Position numbers and translations under genes: made by a program
Notes under the pieces: generated by a model
Told to the model about the DNA's origin: nothing
What the model saw: the letters and a program-made list of their open reading frames with translations, nothing else
Database searches by the model: none
Assembly (NCBI GenBank): GCA_016700095.1
Contig: CP065002.1
Location: 432,463-496,462 of the forward strand
Direction: 5' to 3'
DNA from: Candidatus Woesebacteria bacterium
GTDB taxonomy: Bacteria > Patescibacteriota > Microgenomatia > UBA8517
Length of the DNA: 64,000 nt
Shown: piece after piece, positions 9,431-18,438 of the stretch
How positions within the stretch are numbered: the first letter of the stretch is position 1
How the letters are laid out: every line of letters begins with the position of its first letter

Positions 9431-10078
9431 ATGGCAGATTTTACGTATGAAAATAAATTATGGACGAAAGGAGTCAAGTTGATTGGCGGTGTAGATGAGG
9501 TGGGGAGGGGAAGTTTTGCAGGACCCGTTGTTGCAGCATGTATCGGGTTTGATTCGGGAGTTAGGCTAAATGACGCAATTAGAATAAATGATAGCAAACA
9601 ACTTACCCAAAAGAATAGAGAAATGGCGTATCGATGGATTATAGATAAATGCCTAGTTATTGGAGTCGGTATCGTCAATTTAGAAGAAATTGACGAAAAC
9701 GGTATCGGTAAAGCAAGTATCGAAGCAATGCGTCGCGCGGTAAATTCTGCGTTAATATTACCAAATAAATATGCAGATATTTCACTTGAACACTTATTAA
9801 TTGACGCGTTCAATATTCCTCAACTTGTAAATTTCCCCAAAGAGAAACAAACTGCAATTATCAAGGGGGACACATTGTCGTTTTCAGTCGCTGCAGCAAG
9901 TATTATTGCGAAAGTATATCGGGACAAGATTATGAATGATTTATCGACTTTCAAAAAATATGAAAAATATGCATGGCACAAAAACAAAGGTTATGGTACC
10001 AAAGAACATATCGATGCTATCCGAAAACATGGCTTAACCAAACACCACAGAAAACTATTTGTGAGAAATTATATATAA
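9431..10078 (+). CDS. rnhB: Ribonuclease HII
   Basis: The 'GVDEVGRGSFAGPVV' catalytic motif, RNase HII length and conserved C-terminal K/H residues. Confidence 0.9.
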   Translation: MADFTYENKLWTKGVKLIGGVDEVGRGSFAGPVVAACIGFDSGVRLNDAIRINDSKQLTQKNREMAYRWIIDKCLVIGVGIVNLEEIDENGIGKASIEAMRRAVNSALILPNKYADISLEHLLIDAFNIPQLVNFPKEKQTAIIKGDTLSFSVAAASIIAKVYRDKIMNDLSTFKKYEKYAWHKNKGYGTKEHIDAIRKHGLTKHHRKLFVRNYI

Positions 10079-10174
10079 AAAAGCAATCGACTTATCTTTT
10101 AAATGTATATTTCATACATAAAAACATCAAAAGACAAAAACGAGTATTTGCAGAATTAATGAATTTTGATCGTA

Positions 10175-10369
10175 TTAATACTTTCTTTTCTTTTCCAATT
10201 CGATCAAATGTTTTATGCGGGCTTTTTTCTCTTTTCTTTTTTCCGCTTTTGTTATGTAATGCGATCTATCACGCGCTTCCTGAAGTAGACCAGAGTTCAA
10301 AACTTCCTTTTTGAAACGATTGATTAGTTTGTCGTCTGATTCTCCTTGTTGTTTTACGACTTTCACCAT
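10175..10369 (-). CDS. rpsU: 30S ribosomal protein S21
   Basis: A 64-aa basic protein, 'MVKVVKQQGESDDKLINRFKK…', typical of S21. Confidence 0.85.
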   Translation of the reverse strand: MVKVVKQQGESDDKLINRFKKEVLNSGLLQEARDRSHYITKAEKRKEKKARIKHLIELEKKRKY

Positions 10370-10481
10370 GGATTATCGCCTCCCTTCGTAATATGTATTT
10401 TATTAATTGTGTCATATACGATCACCTAAGCTATTGTATAACGAAAACACCAACTTTTCCATAAAAAGATAATTGCACACC

Positions 10482-12758
10482 TTAGTTAATTTTATGTTTT
10501 TGTGGCATCTTTTGTCTTAGTCTTAGCTGTTGTGCATTTCTCGTGTTGACGGGGGAAGATTCTCCGGTGTTATTGTCAACTCTAGTTACTTGCAATTTTG
10601 GGTTATTAATAAGTAAAGTTGTGATGAGTGCATTGACATCATTGCCCTCTATTACCCATATATCGAGAATGTATTTGCCTCCATTAAATTGGTTGGATTG
10701 AGGTGAGTTGTCAGGTGAAACAATCGGAACAAAGCTAATTCCGCATTTATCTGCACTTTCTCCAATTATTTTCATAACTCCCGCTTTTTCTTCGGTAACT
10801 ATGCGGAAGTGCGGGCATTCAAGTGTCCGATCAATTACATCGTCTACAAATCGGTCTGCCATAGCCAGCTGGGGGTTAAATCCATATAAATCATGCCATT
10901 CTTCCATGTAATGATCACTTTCGGTATTAATTGGCACATGAATCCCAACTTGATGCGCAATATCAGCAAACCCAGCATCCATTTTTTGGAATATTAATAT
11001 TGGTTCCTTTGGTAGATTGGGATTATCGCTTACTTTTCCTGAATAGGTTTTTTCAATCATTCGCGTTCCGCGAATAATTGCCCTAGTGCGAATTTCAGGA
11101 CCATATATCGCATCATCTGTTAGTTGTTCCAAACGCCTAGTTATATTGTTTATTGCTTTACCAGTTGTAACCATGTCAAGTCTATCTGGAAAAACGATAT
11201 TACGGCCCTTAGAACCTTCTGCGACTTCAAACCATACTTTGTCTCCTGGTTTAAGCGAGGTGTTTAACGGTAAACCTTCGTATTTATTGTTGCCTTGTAT
11301 TATAGTTACCTTCGTTGCATCATTTCCTAAGTTTCTTCCTATTGCATATGCGGCATCCAAAGCAGTAGCTCCGGATGCTACTGTCAATATTTCACCCGTA
11401 GGTGTTTCAATGTTGATAGTTCCTCTTCCCAAACCTTCGGTAAGTAACTCGATGTGCGGATCTCCGTTTTTTTGTAATTGATCGGTGTATCTTGCGATAT
11501 CTGCTAGCTTTTTCAGTGCACCTGTGGCTAAATCTGGATTGTTGGTATGTATACCTCTGAAATTATCTAAAGGATTTACTAGATCCTCCTGGTGAAAGAC
11601 ATGAACACGTAAGCGATGTGTTTTTCCCTCGTGAGAAAAAGGAAGACTTGGAGTTTCACCTTTGTGGGGTTTGAAACTTTCTTGCTCACCTAAATAATGT
11701 TTCCATTGGAGGACAGATGTTGTAGTATCACAAATTATATAAACTTCTGGAAGCATGTTTTCTTCTGTGGGGTTGTGATTGGCTAAGTAAACTTCTAGGG
11801 GAGTTTGTGTTTCAATTGCAATTGCCGAATACGGAATCCTCATATTGTCAACCCTCGCTGTACTAACCAATCGGTCAAGCTCATCATTTATTGATCCGAT
11901 TAAAGCATTGTCAACTATGTGTTGCATAGCCGTTAATCTCGCGTATTCCTGCGGGTTGAGCGACCTAAACGACGCGTTACCTATCAAATCGGCAGCATTA
12001 AATGCGCCCAGTCTTATGGCTAATTTGTAATACAATTCTACTGCGAGAGTCGCTTTTTCTATACTCTTATTTCTTGGTAAATGTTCGTAGGTGAGTGCGT
12101 TGTGAACAACATCTCCAACTGTTTTTATAATTACTGCGACTTGTTGCTCGGAGTTTAATGAGCCAAGAAGTTTAAATACGGTTTGTGTTTCTTCTTCGTT
12201 CCAATATGATATCTGAGTTTGTCGCGGTTTACCTTTTACATCTTCTTTTTTCCTGATTTTCGTTAGCGCGTCAACAATATTGCTAACATTTTTATTTGTT
12301 GCCTCCGTAATTTCGTCAAGAGAGGTATCCGTATCTTCGTAAATATCGTGTAGTACGGTTGCGCAAATTGCATCTTCGTCAGTGATGCCAAGTCGAAGTA
12401 AGTAATAAACCATCCACCAGTGGTGAGTTTGGGTTTCGTCATCACTTTTTCGTTTCTCTTTTCCTGCTTTTATTAATTTATCCTGTGCGAAGTCACCCGC
12501 CTGATTTAACTTATCAATTAGCTCGTCAGGATTGTCCACCTGCATACGAATATAAACGAAAGCTTTTTGTTTTATTTCTTCGGTAGTTATGCCAGTTGGC
12601 GGCAAAAGCGCTTCTTCGGGATAATCAAACGGACCCAAGTTTTCAAGATTAGATGAACTGCCCATTCTCGCAGCTTCGTTTAACAGCCGTCTCACATCAA
12701 TTTCGGTTGGTGATAGTTTTTTTTTGGCGCTGGGGGGAGCCGTTGATTCTGCCGTCAT
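10482..12758 (-). CDS. RelA/SpoT-family (p)ppGpp synthetase/hydrolase homolog (HD hydrolase domain, divergent synthetase region, TGS domain, C-terminal ACT-like region)
   Basis: HD region 'VLHDIYEDTDTSLDEI'. Synthetase-like segment 'DLIGNASFRSLNPQEYARL…RIPYSAIAI'. TGS 'IETPTGEILTVASGATALDAAYAIGRNLGNDATKVTIIQGNNK…LKPGDKV'. Confidence 0.75.
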   Translation of the reverse strand: MTAESTAPPSAKKKLSPTEIDVRRLLNEAARMGSSSNLENLGPFDYPEEALLPPTGITTEEIKQKAFVYIRMQVDNPDELIDKLNQAGDFAQDKLIKAGKEKRKSDDETQTHHWWMVYYLLRLGITDEDAICATVLHDIYEDTDTSLDEITEATNKNVSNIVDALTKIRKKEDVKGKPRQTQISYWNEEETQTVFKLLGSLNSEQQVAVIIKTVGDVVHNALTYEHLPRNKSIEKATLAVELYYKLAIRLGAFNAADLIGNASFRSLNPQEYARLTAMQHIVDNALIGSINDELDRLVSTARVDNMRIPYSAIAIETQTPLEVYLANHNPTEENMLPEVYIICDTTTSVLQWKHYLGEQESFKPHKGETPSLPFSHEGKTHRLRVHVFHQEDLVNPLDNFRGIHTNNPDLATGALKKLADIARYTDQLQKNGDPHIELLTEGLGRGTINIETPTGEILTVASGATALDAAYAIGRNLGNDATKVTIIQGNNKYEGLPLNTSLKPGDKVWFEVAEGSKGRNIVFPDRLDMVTTGKAINNITRRLEQLTDDAIYGPEIRTRAIIRGTRMIEKTYSGKVSDNPNLPKEPILIFQKMDAGFADIAHQVGIHVPINTESDHYMEEWHDLYGFNPQLAMADRFVDDVIDRTLECPHFRIVTEEKAGVMKIIGESADKCGISFVPIVSPDNSPQSNQFNGGKYILDIWVIEGNDVNALITTLLINNPKLQVTRVDNNTGESSPVNTRNAQQLRLRQKMPQKHKIN

Positions 12759-12820
12759 TACACTTTATCGGAGGGAATTGGAGAATTATAAATGATTATC
12801 AGAATTTGTGGTAGTAGTGT

Positions 12821-13678
12821 TTAATAATATTCGATTACCAACTGTGGTCTGTTGACTGAACCTTTTTGTTCAGAGGATATGAAATATACAAAATCTCCCG
12901 ATTTGTTTTCACCTAACGTTTCTTTCCCAAAATGAATTCTGAATTGACTTTGACCCCTGCCATTTGCAAAATCATCTCGCACGGCGTTAGTTACATCTGC
13001 TTCTTTCCAGCCGATATTTTTACTGGTTGAAATAGTAGCAAAATTGCTGACAAAAGCCGGCAGGGAATAGTCCTGGGCATCCAGACTATCTCCGTAGTTA
13101 AGGTGGTCCAATCTTAAATCACCAATTGTTGCGTAGGGATTTTCAGTAGTTTTAATTTGATAAAGCCTTAAAGAAGCCGCTTTAACAGTAACGCCTGTCG
13201 GAATAACTGTTAGATCAAAACTGACAAAACCGCGGGTAACACTCACACTATCTCGACCTATACGAATTTCTTTGTCGGAATAACCAATACCGTCGCTTGC
13301 CATGTAGCCGTCAAGATCTGCTTGTCCTAATACGATTTTGGTAACGGTCGGTTTTTCCGGAGCTTGGGTTAAGGGTATTTCCGTCCTGGTCGGTTTTGGT
13401 TGGGGCGTTAACCCTTGGGTTACCACTTCCACGGCGTCAGATTTTTCATCTTCTGTAATCCGTGCGTTTTTTCCTATTTGGGGTGCAGTTAACCTTCCGT
13501 AAGTGAATGACGCATAGGAGATGAGAATGATTACGATGATAATCGGGGTAATGATCAATATTTTGGAAAATTTGTTTTTCAATGTAACTTTGGTAGCCAT
13601 GGGCTTTGTTGTGGTTTCTAAATTCTGCGAAGAACTTTCTTTTTGAATATCCTGCGGTATATTGGATATATTGTCCAT
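12821..13678 (-). CDS. Hypothetical N-terminally membrane-anchored extracytoplasmic protein
   Basis: One TM segment near the N-terminus (ILIITPIIIVIILISY) followed by a ~220-aa soluble region. No recognised domain. Confidence 0.5.
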   Translation of the reverse strand: MDNISNIPQDIQKESSSQNLETTTKPMATKVTLKNKFSKILIITPIIIVIILISYASFTYGRLTAPQIGKNARITEDEKSDAVEVVTQGLTPQPKPTRTEIPLTQAPEKPTVTKIVLGQADLDGYMASDGIGYSDKEIRIGRDSVSVTRGFVSFDLTVIPTGVTVKAASLRLYQIKTTENPYATIGDLRLDHLNYGDSLDAQDYSLPAFVSNFATISTSKNIGWKEADVTNAVRDDFANGRGQSQFRIHFGKETLGENKSGDFVYFISSEQKGSVNRPQLVIEYY

Positions 13679-13814
13679 TGTCTAATGATAATATTATTCG
13701 AATTACCTTTGCAAATTCTTCCTGTCTAAAGCAGGGAAAAATTAACCAGTGAAATACTTACTTTTATTAACGATCTACACTACTTTCTAAACGATACACA
13801 GAAAACAAGAACAG

Positions 13815-14207
13815 TTAATAGGGGCGAAAATTAATATATAAAATTATTGAGAGTAGTAGTACGGATGTAAAAACAAGCAGAAGAACATAGCCATAAAGCG
13901 AATAAGCATATTTTTTATATTTCCAAAGACCGATCGCAAAGACAGTGAGAAATCCTGTTGATATAACCAGCAGGGCATGATACAGCTTTCTGGTTACATT
14001 TCCCATCGGAAAAGCAATATAGAAATCGTAATTAGCATCCGCTGTTGGTGTGAAGAATTGATACCATCTGTGGAGCAATAAAACTAAGGTTAGAATAAAA
14101 GTATAGACGGTAATTTTTTTTCTAACTTTTGGTTTAGCCGAATGCCATATCAAAGTAAAAGTTCCGATTAAGATCGCGGCAAAGGAAGAGGCAAAAAGTC
14201 TAAACAT
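13815..14207 (-). CDS. Hypothetical integral membrane protein (4 predicted TM helices)
   Basis: Hydrophobic segment pattern only. Confidence 0.45.
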   Translation of the reverse strand: MFRLFASSFAAILIGTFTLIWHSAKPKVRKKITVYTFILTLVLLLHRWYQFFTPTADANYDFYIAFPMGNVTRKLYHALLVISTGFLTVFAIGLWKYKKYAYSLYGYVLLLVFTSVLLLSIILYINFRPY

Positions 14208-14211
14208 CTAT

Positions 14212-14799
14212 TTATAATAGCACTTTGTTTTGGGCAATTGCAGTAAGCAATGTATCTATTTGAGTAAATAAATATTTTTTTCCTTTCGAATTTATCAATG
14301 TATAATCCGCCATCGCAATCGGTCCACCTTTCTCCAAATTTTCGATTTCAGCGATATCACGCTTGGCTGCTTCTTCTTTTGTAAAACTTCTGAATCGTGA
14401 TTGAGGATCGTTAATTGCTTTTCTCTCACTTATTCTTGTATATCTAACTTGCGGTGGTGCCCATACGGCTACAACGATGACCGTGTCCTTAAAATACTTC
14501 TTAATTATCTTATATTCAGTGAAACTATAAAGTCCGTCGGCTACGACATTGTTTTCCTTTAACATATTGTCGATCACGGGAATAATGCGCTTTGCCAAAA
14601 CACCCTTCCCGTGTTTTTCCCGTAAACCTTCCCTGATTTCTCTTTCAACCTTTTCCGACGGTATGAGATTGCGTTTCTTGACTTCATCAAGGACTACTTG
14701 ACCGAAACGGACAAATTTAAATCCCTTTCCCACTAAATAATCGGAGACGGTACTTTTGCCGCTTCCAGGCATGCCGGCAACACAAATAACTTTATGCAT
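14212..14799 (-). CDS. P-loop nucleotide/nucleoside kinase-like protein (adenylate-kinase/dephospho-CoA-kinase fold)
   Basis: Walker A 'VICVAGMPGSGKSTVSDYL' at the extreme N-terminus and a ~195-aa size. Confidence 0.5.
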   Translation of the reverse strand: MHKVICVAGMPGSGKSTVSDYLVGKGFKFVRFGQVVLDEVKKRNLIPSEKVEREIREGLREKHGKGVLAKRIIPVIDNMLKENNVVADGLYSFTEYKIIKKYFKDTVIVVAVWAPPQVRYTRISERKAINDPQSRFRSFTKEEAAKRDIAEIENLEKGGPIAMADYTLINSKGKKYLFTQIDTLLTAIAQNKVLL

Positions 14800-14882
14800 A
14801 TGTATATATAATTCCTCTTACATAATAGTGTCAATGCGTAATTACCGTAAATTGCCGATTTGTTGTATAATTAAGTATTCAA

Positions 14883-15404
14883 ATGTCCACAAAATTGGGG
14901 ACTATCTTTGTAGGTACTAAGCTTAAATCACATAAAAAAGCTCAAGGATCTTCTTTTGCCGGTGAAGACAGTATCAAACTTGATCGCCTTGAAAAAGTTG
15001 CCAACCATATAATTTTTGAAGTACAAACAGTTCCTATTATGGGGTTTATCAAAGGTGGAGATAAACTAACCATTTGCACAAACCGTATCGCGATAACCCG
15101 TCAGACGATGTTTTCTGATGAGGAACGGCCGATTGCGATCGAGAATATAACATGCGCCAGTGTTTATCGACATTTAATGTATGCTTCATTAAATATCGAC
15201 ACATTCGGTGTTCCCAAACCGGAACCGATAACGCGTTTAAAAATCCAAGACGCAAGACTTGCCAGACGTTATATTTTGGCGTTAATCGAATGTAAAAAAG
15301 CGGGGATAGATTTAACAAAATTTGAACTTGAAGAATTAAGAGAGCGCTTAAAAAATTTGGGTGCAGTGCGTTTTACTTCGGAGGAAAAATACCACGAACT
15401 CTAG
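14883..15404 (+). CDS. Hypothetical protein
   Basis: ATG start and coding-like composition. No domain recognised. Confidence 0.4.
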   Translation: MSTKLGTIFVGTKLKSHKKAQGSSFAGEDSIKLDRLEKVANHIIFEVQTVPIMGFIKGGDKLTICTNRIAITRQTMFSDEERPIAIENITCASVYRHLMYASLNIDTFGVPKPEPITRLKIQDARLARRYILALIECKKAGIDLTKFELEELRERLKNLGAVRFTSEEKYHEL

Positions 15405-15409
15405 AATAA

Positions 15410-15526
15410 GATGGTAGATGGTAGATGGTAGATGGTAGATGGTAGATGGTAGATGGTAGATGGTAGATGGTAGATGGTAGATGGTAGATGGTAGATGGTA
15501 GATGGTAGATGGTAGATGGTAGATGG
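15410..15526. repeat. Heptanucleotide microsatellite (GATGGTA)n, ~16 perfect copies ending in a degenerate GATGGGA
   Basis: Read directly. The antisense 'IYHLPST'n ORFs in the track are artefacts of this repeat. Confidence 0.95.
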
Positions 15527-15563
15527 GAGTGATTTTTAGATAGAATTGATTCATAATCAAAAT

Positions 15564-16163
15564 ATGTATTCCGATAGTCCGAAAGTTCCATATAGTTTCG
15601 TCAAAATACTATTTATATATTTAGAAGGAATTTTTACATCGTTACTATTTTTAATTTTGGTTGGTCTGACATATGTGGTTCTTACGGGCAATGAAATGGA
15701 AAATCTTATCCTTTTGTGGATTTCTTTTACTCCGTGGCTGGCACGGGAATTACGCAATAGCTATACGTTTGATGCAACTGACCTTGTTGCCTTTCTACTT
15801 GTTTGGGGAGCGGTGATAAGTGTTTTTAGCGAATTGGTTTTGCGAAAAACAAGGTTACAAAAGTATATCCCGATAATACTATTTGTTTTTGGCACGATCT
15901 TTTTCCCGACAACTTTAATCGTACTATCTTTACGTTTTGGAATTATTTTTGCACTTTTGTTTTTGGGTGTACCATTTGTTATTTACACTTTCTGCATGCT
16001 TATGCTTTTAGTATTTGCTGTTGCCAGGAGAAGGCGTGTGCAAAATAAGGCAGTTGAGAAAGTTATATCACTAGAAAGTCAAATACCATCCACCAACGAG
16101 TCGAAATTAGAAGCTGATTCTACCAACGCTCCCGATTCACAACTTACCAGGCACTGGGATTAA
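15564..16163 (+). CDS. Hypothetical integral membrane protein (≥5 TM helices, C-terminal cytoplasmic tail)
   Basis: The ORF-track start at 15546 is TTG. The first ATG is at 15564 (MYSDSPK…). Several hydrophobic stretches. Confidence 0.5.
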   Translation: MYSDSPKVPYSFVKILFIYLEGIFTSLLFLILVGLTYVVLTGNEMENLILLWISFTPWLARELRNSYTFDATDLVAFLLVWGAVISVFSELVLRKTRLQKYIPIILFVFGTIFFPTTLIVLSLRFGIIFALLFLGVPFVIYTFCMLMLLVFAVARRRRVQNKAVEKVISLESQIPSTNESKLEADSTNAPDSQLTRHWD

Positions 16164-16226
16164 CTAACCTGTATACGATTTTGGTTCTTCACAAAAAATA
16201 CAAAAAGATGATAATTTAATCAATCC

Positions 16227-16691
16227 ATGTTGAAAGTAAAGCCATTTAAACAAGAAACAGGTTATTGTGGTCCGGCGTCTCTTAAGATTGTATTGGATTA
16301 CTATGGTATTGAAGTAACAGAAAAAGAATTAGTTGATTCTACCGATTGTTCGGTGCAGATGGGTGTCGAAGCCGGAAGACTTCTTGAGGCAGCGTTGGAA
16401 TACGGTTTGGAAGGGTATATTAAAGATTTTGCCGATTTAACCGATATTAAAAATCAAGTTGTTGACAAACTCAGACCGGTTATTGTAGATTGGTTTTCCG
16501 AGGATGATGGTCATTATAGTGTTGTGGTAGATATCGACGATGAAAATATTTATTTACTCGATCCGGAAATGGGACACGTCAGAGCAATGCGACATACGAA
16601 ATTCTACCGCGTTTGGTTTGACTTTCCGGGTGATTACATTAAAGCAAAAGACGATCTTACAATCAGAAGGATGATAGTTGTATATAAATAA
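16227..16691 (+). CDS. Peptidase C39-like (papain-fold cysteine peptidase) domain protein, standalone
   Basis: N-terminal 'ETGYCGPASLKIVLDYYG' matches the C39 catalytic-Cys motif (xCGxAxLxMxxxYYG). Downstream His/Asp candidates are 'GHYSVVVDID' and 'GHV'. Confidence 0.6.
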   Translation: MLKVKPFKQETGYCGPASLKIVLDYYGIEVTEKELVDSTDCSVQMGVEAGRLLEAALEYGLEGYIKDFADLTDIKNQVVDKLRPVIVDWFSEDDGHYSVVVDIDDENIYLLDPEMGHVRAMRHTKFYRVWFDFPGDYIKAKDDLTIRRMIVVYK

Positions 16692-16701
16692 ATTCAAATA
16701 C

Positions 16702-17748
16702 ATGACACAAGACCCTGGCGGTAATAACAATTCTCACGATTTTCCCAATACGGTTGGAATACTCTATAGCGAAGTTAAAAGAGAATACTTTCCTACAGAA
16801 GATCAATACTTAACTGAAAAAGACGCCCTTCACGATGCTCAAGTGATTGCGACATATCTTGATAAACTTGGCTTAAAAACCTATCTTTACCCTGGGGTTC
16901 CGGATGTAATAAATAGTCTGAAAAAGGACAAACCGGACATGGTAATTAATTTGGTTGGCTCGGTAAATGGGCAGGAATATTTGTCCTCGACGATTCCGGG
17001 AATGTTGGAAAGTCTCGATATACCATATACCGGGGCGGGAATTCTGGGAGAGTCACTTGCGTATAACAAGTTTTTAATTAAAGAGCTTCTCAAAAGCCAC
17101 GGTATTCCTGTTCCAAATTTCCAATTATTACCTGATATTGCAACTCCGCTTAGTAGTGACCTTCGGTTTCCGCTAATTTCCAAATTAAACGAAATCCATG
17201 GTGGGGTAGAAATTACCAACGACTCGGTTTCAAATGATGAAAAGCACCTTCGTGAACGCGTGAAGTATTTAATTGGGACGTACAAACAGCCGGTTGTAGT
17301 CGAAGAGTTCATTGCCGGAAAAGAAGTAACTGCGATGTTACTGGAAGGATTGAACAAAAAGGTTTATATGGCAGAAAAAGTATTTAAAGATTATGGTAAT
17401 CCTAACGCGTTTGCAACTTTTGAAGATCAATGGTTGGAGTCGGGTAAAGATAGTTACCGATATGAAAAATTCAGTGACAGTAATTTATCTCATCTTGTTA
17501 AAAAAGCATTTGATGTGACGAGAATGAGTGATTATGGAAAGTTCGATGTGAGAATTGACCAGTCGGGCAGGTATTATTTTATTGATAGCAATAGTAATCC
17601 TGCCTTCGGGCCGAAAGAATTGTATTGTGCACTATCGCTTATTCTTGATTTATATGGAATAAACTTCGGCGAGATCGTTAAAAGATTGTTAATGAACACG
17701 ATGAGAGATGCCAGAGGTAAAGAGAAACTTTCTCCGGTAGAGGAGTAG
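16702..17748 (+). CDS. D-Ala–D-Ala-ligase-family ATP-grasp enzyme (ddl or Ddl-like amidoligase)
   Basis: Ddl N-domain '…MVINLVGSVNGQEYLSSTIPGMLESLDIPYTGAGILGESLAYNK…'. ATP-grasp C-domain '…VVVEEFIAGKEVTAMLLEG…FDVRIDQSGRYYFIDSNSNPAFGP'. The ORF-track start at 16678 is TTG. The first ATG is at 16702, 10 nt after the C39 stop. Confidence 0.65.
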   Translation: MTQDPGGNNNSHDFPNTVGILYSEVKREYFPTEDQYLTEKDALHDAQVIATYLDKLGLKTYLYPGVPDVINSLKKDKPDMVINLVGSVNGQEYLSSTIPGMLESLDIPYTGAGILGESLAYNKFLIKELLKSHGIPVPNFQLLPDIATPLSSDLRFPLISKLNEIHGGVEITNDSVSNDEKHLRERVKYLIGTYKQPVVVEEFIAGKEVTAMLLEGLNKKVYMAEKVFKDYGNPNAFATFEDQWLESGKDSYRYEKFSDSNLSHLVKKAFDVTRMSDYGKFDVRIDQSGRYYFIDSNSNPAFGPKELYCALSLILDLYGINFGEIVKRLLMNTMRDARGKEKLSPVEE

Positions 17749-17973
17749 TCTAAAATAAATCGTAGGCTATAAATTCTTCATACCGTCTTTTCGTAAGAAA
17801 TTCTCATTATTGGAAGTTGGTATGAAATATTGCGGTGTTAAATAGAGCACGGGTTGGTACGGCAATGATGCTTTGTGTGCAAAAAGTTTGTATGAACGTG
17901 CTTGGTGAAAAATTATTCTTAGCAATTGACAAGCAGAAGTTAAAGGAGAAAAATAAGACTCTGATTTAAATAC

Positions 17974-18438
17974 ATGGATTATTACAATTTGCCTGAAACA
18001 GTAACTTTTCTTGTTAGTCAAAAAGCGTTTATCGTCGAAAAAGGCAAATTACTTCTTCTTCGGTATCCCATCAAACCCAATCGTGAATATAGCGGATATT
18101 GGGCTCTACCGGGAGGGTTACTTGAAATCGATGAAAAATTAGATTCAGGATTACTGCGCGAAGTTAAAGAAGAAACGGGCCTTAGTGTTGAGATTGGAAA
18201 ATTGGTAGCGGTTGGGGATTCGTATTTTGAAAATTTTGTTTTTGCAAACAAAAAAGTAACAGATGTCAGAATCGTGCAAATTGGATATGAATGCACATTG
18301 GTCGGGAAGATAAAAGTTATAATTAGTGATGAACACATGGCTTTCAAATGGGAAAAGCTTGATAACCTTAAAGACAATAAATTTACCCCCGACTGCGTGG
18401 ATTTGATAAACAAATACACCAGCTTACACACGGACTAG
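17974..18438 (+). CDS. NUDIX hydrolase
   Basis: Nudix box 'GGLLEIDEKLDSGLLREVKEETGL'. Confidence 0.8.
   Translation: MDYYNLPETVTFLVSQKAFIVEKGKLLLLRYPIKPNREYSGYWALPGGLLEIDEKLDSGLLREVKEETGLSVEIGKLVAVGDSYFENFVFANKKVTDVRIVQIGYECTLVGKIKVIISDEHMAFKWEKLDNLKDNKFTPDCVDLINKYTSLHTD

Noticed and set aside
15410-15526. CRISPR array?
   Set aside because: The repeats are 7 bp with no spacers, so this is a microsatellite and not a CRISPR. No repeat-spacer architecture or cas genes were seen anywhere in the window.
15348-15591. Two minus-strand ORFs encoding (IYHLPST)n
   Set aside because: They are pure translations of the (GATGGTA)n microsatellite. There is no flanking coding signal and they overlap each other in different frames.
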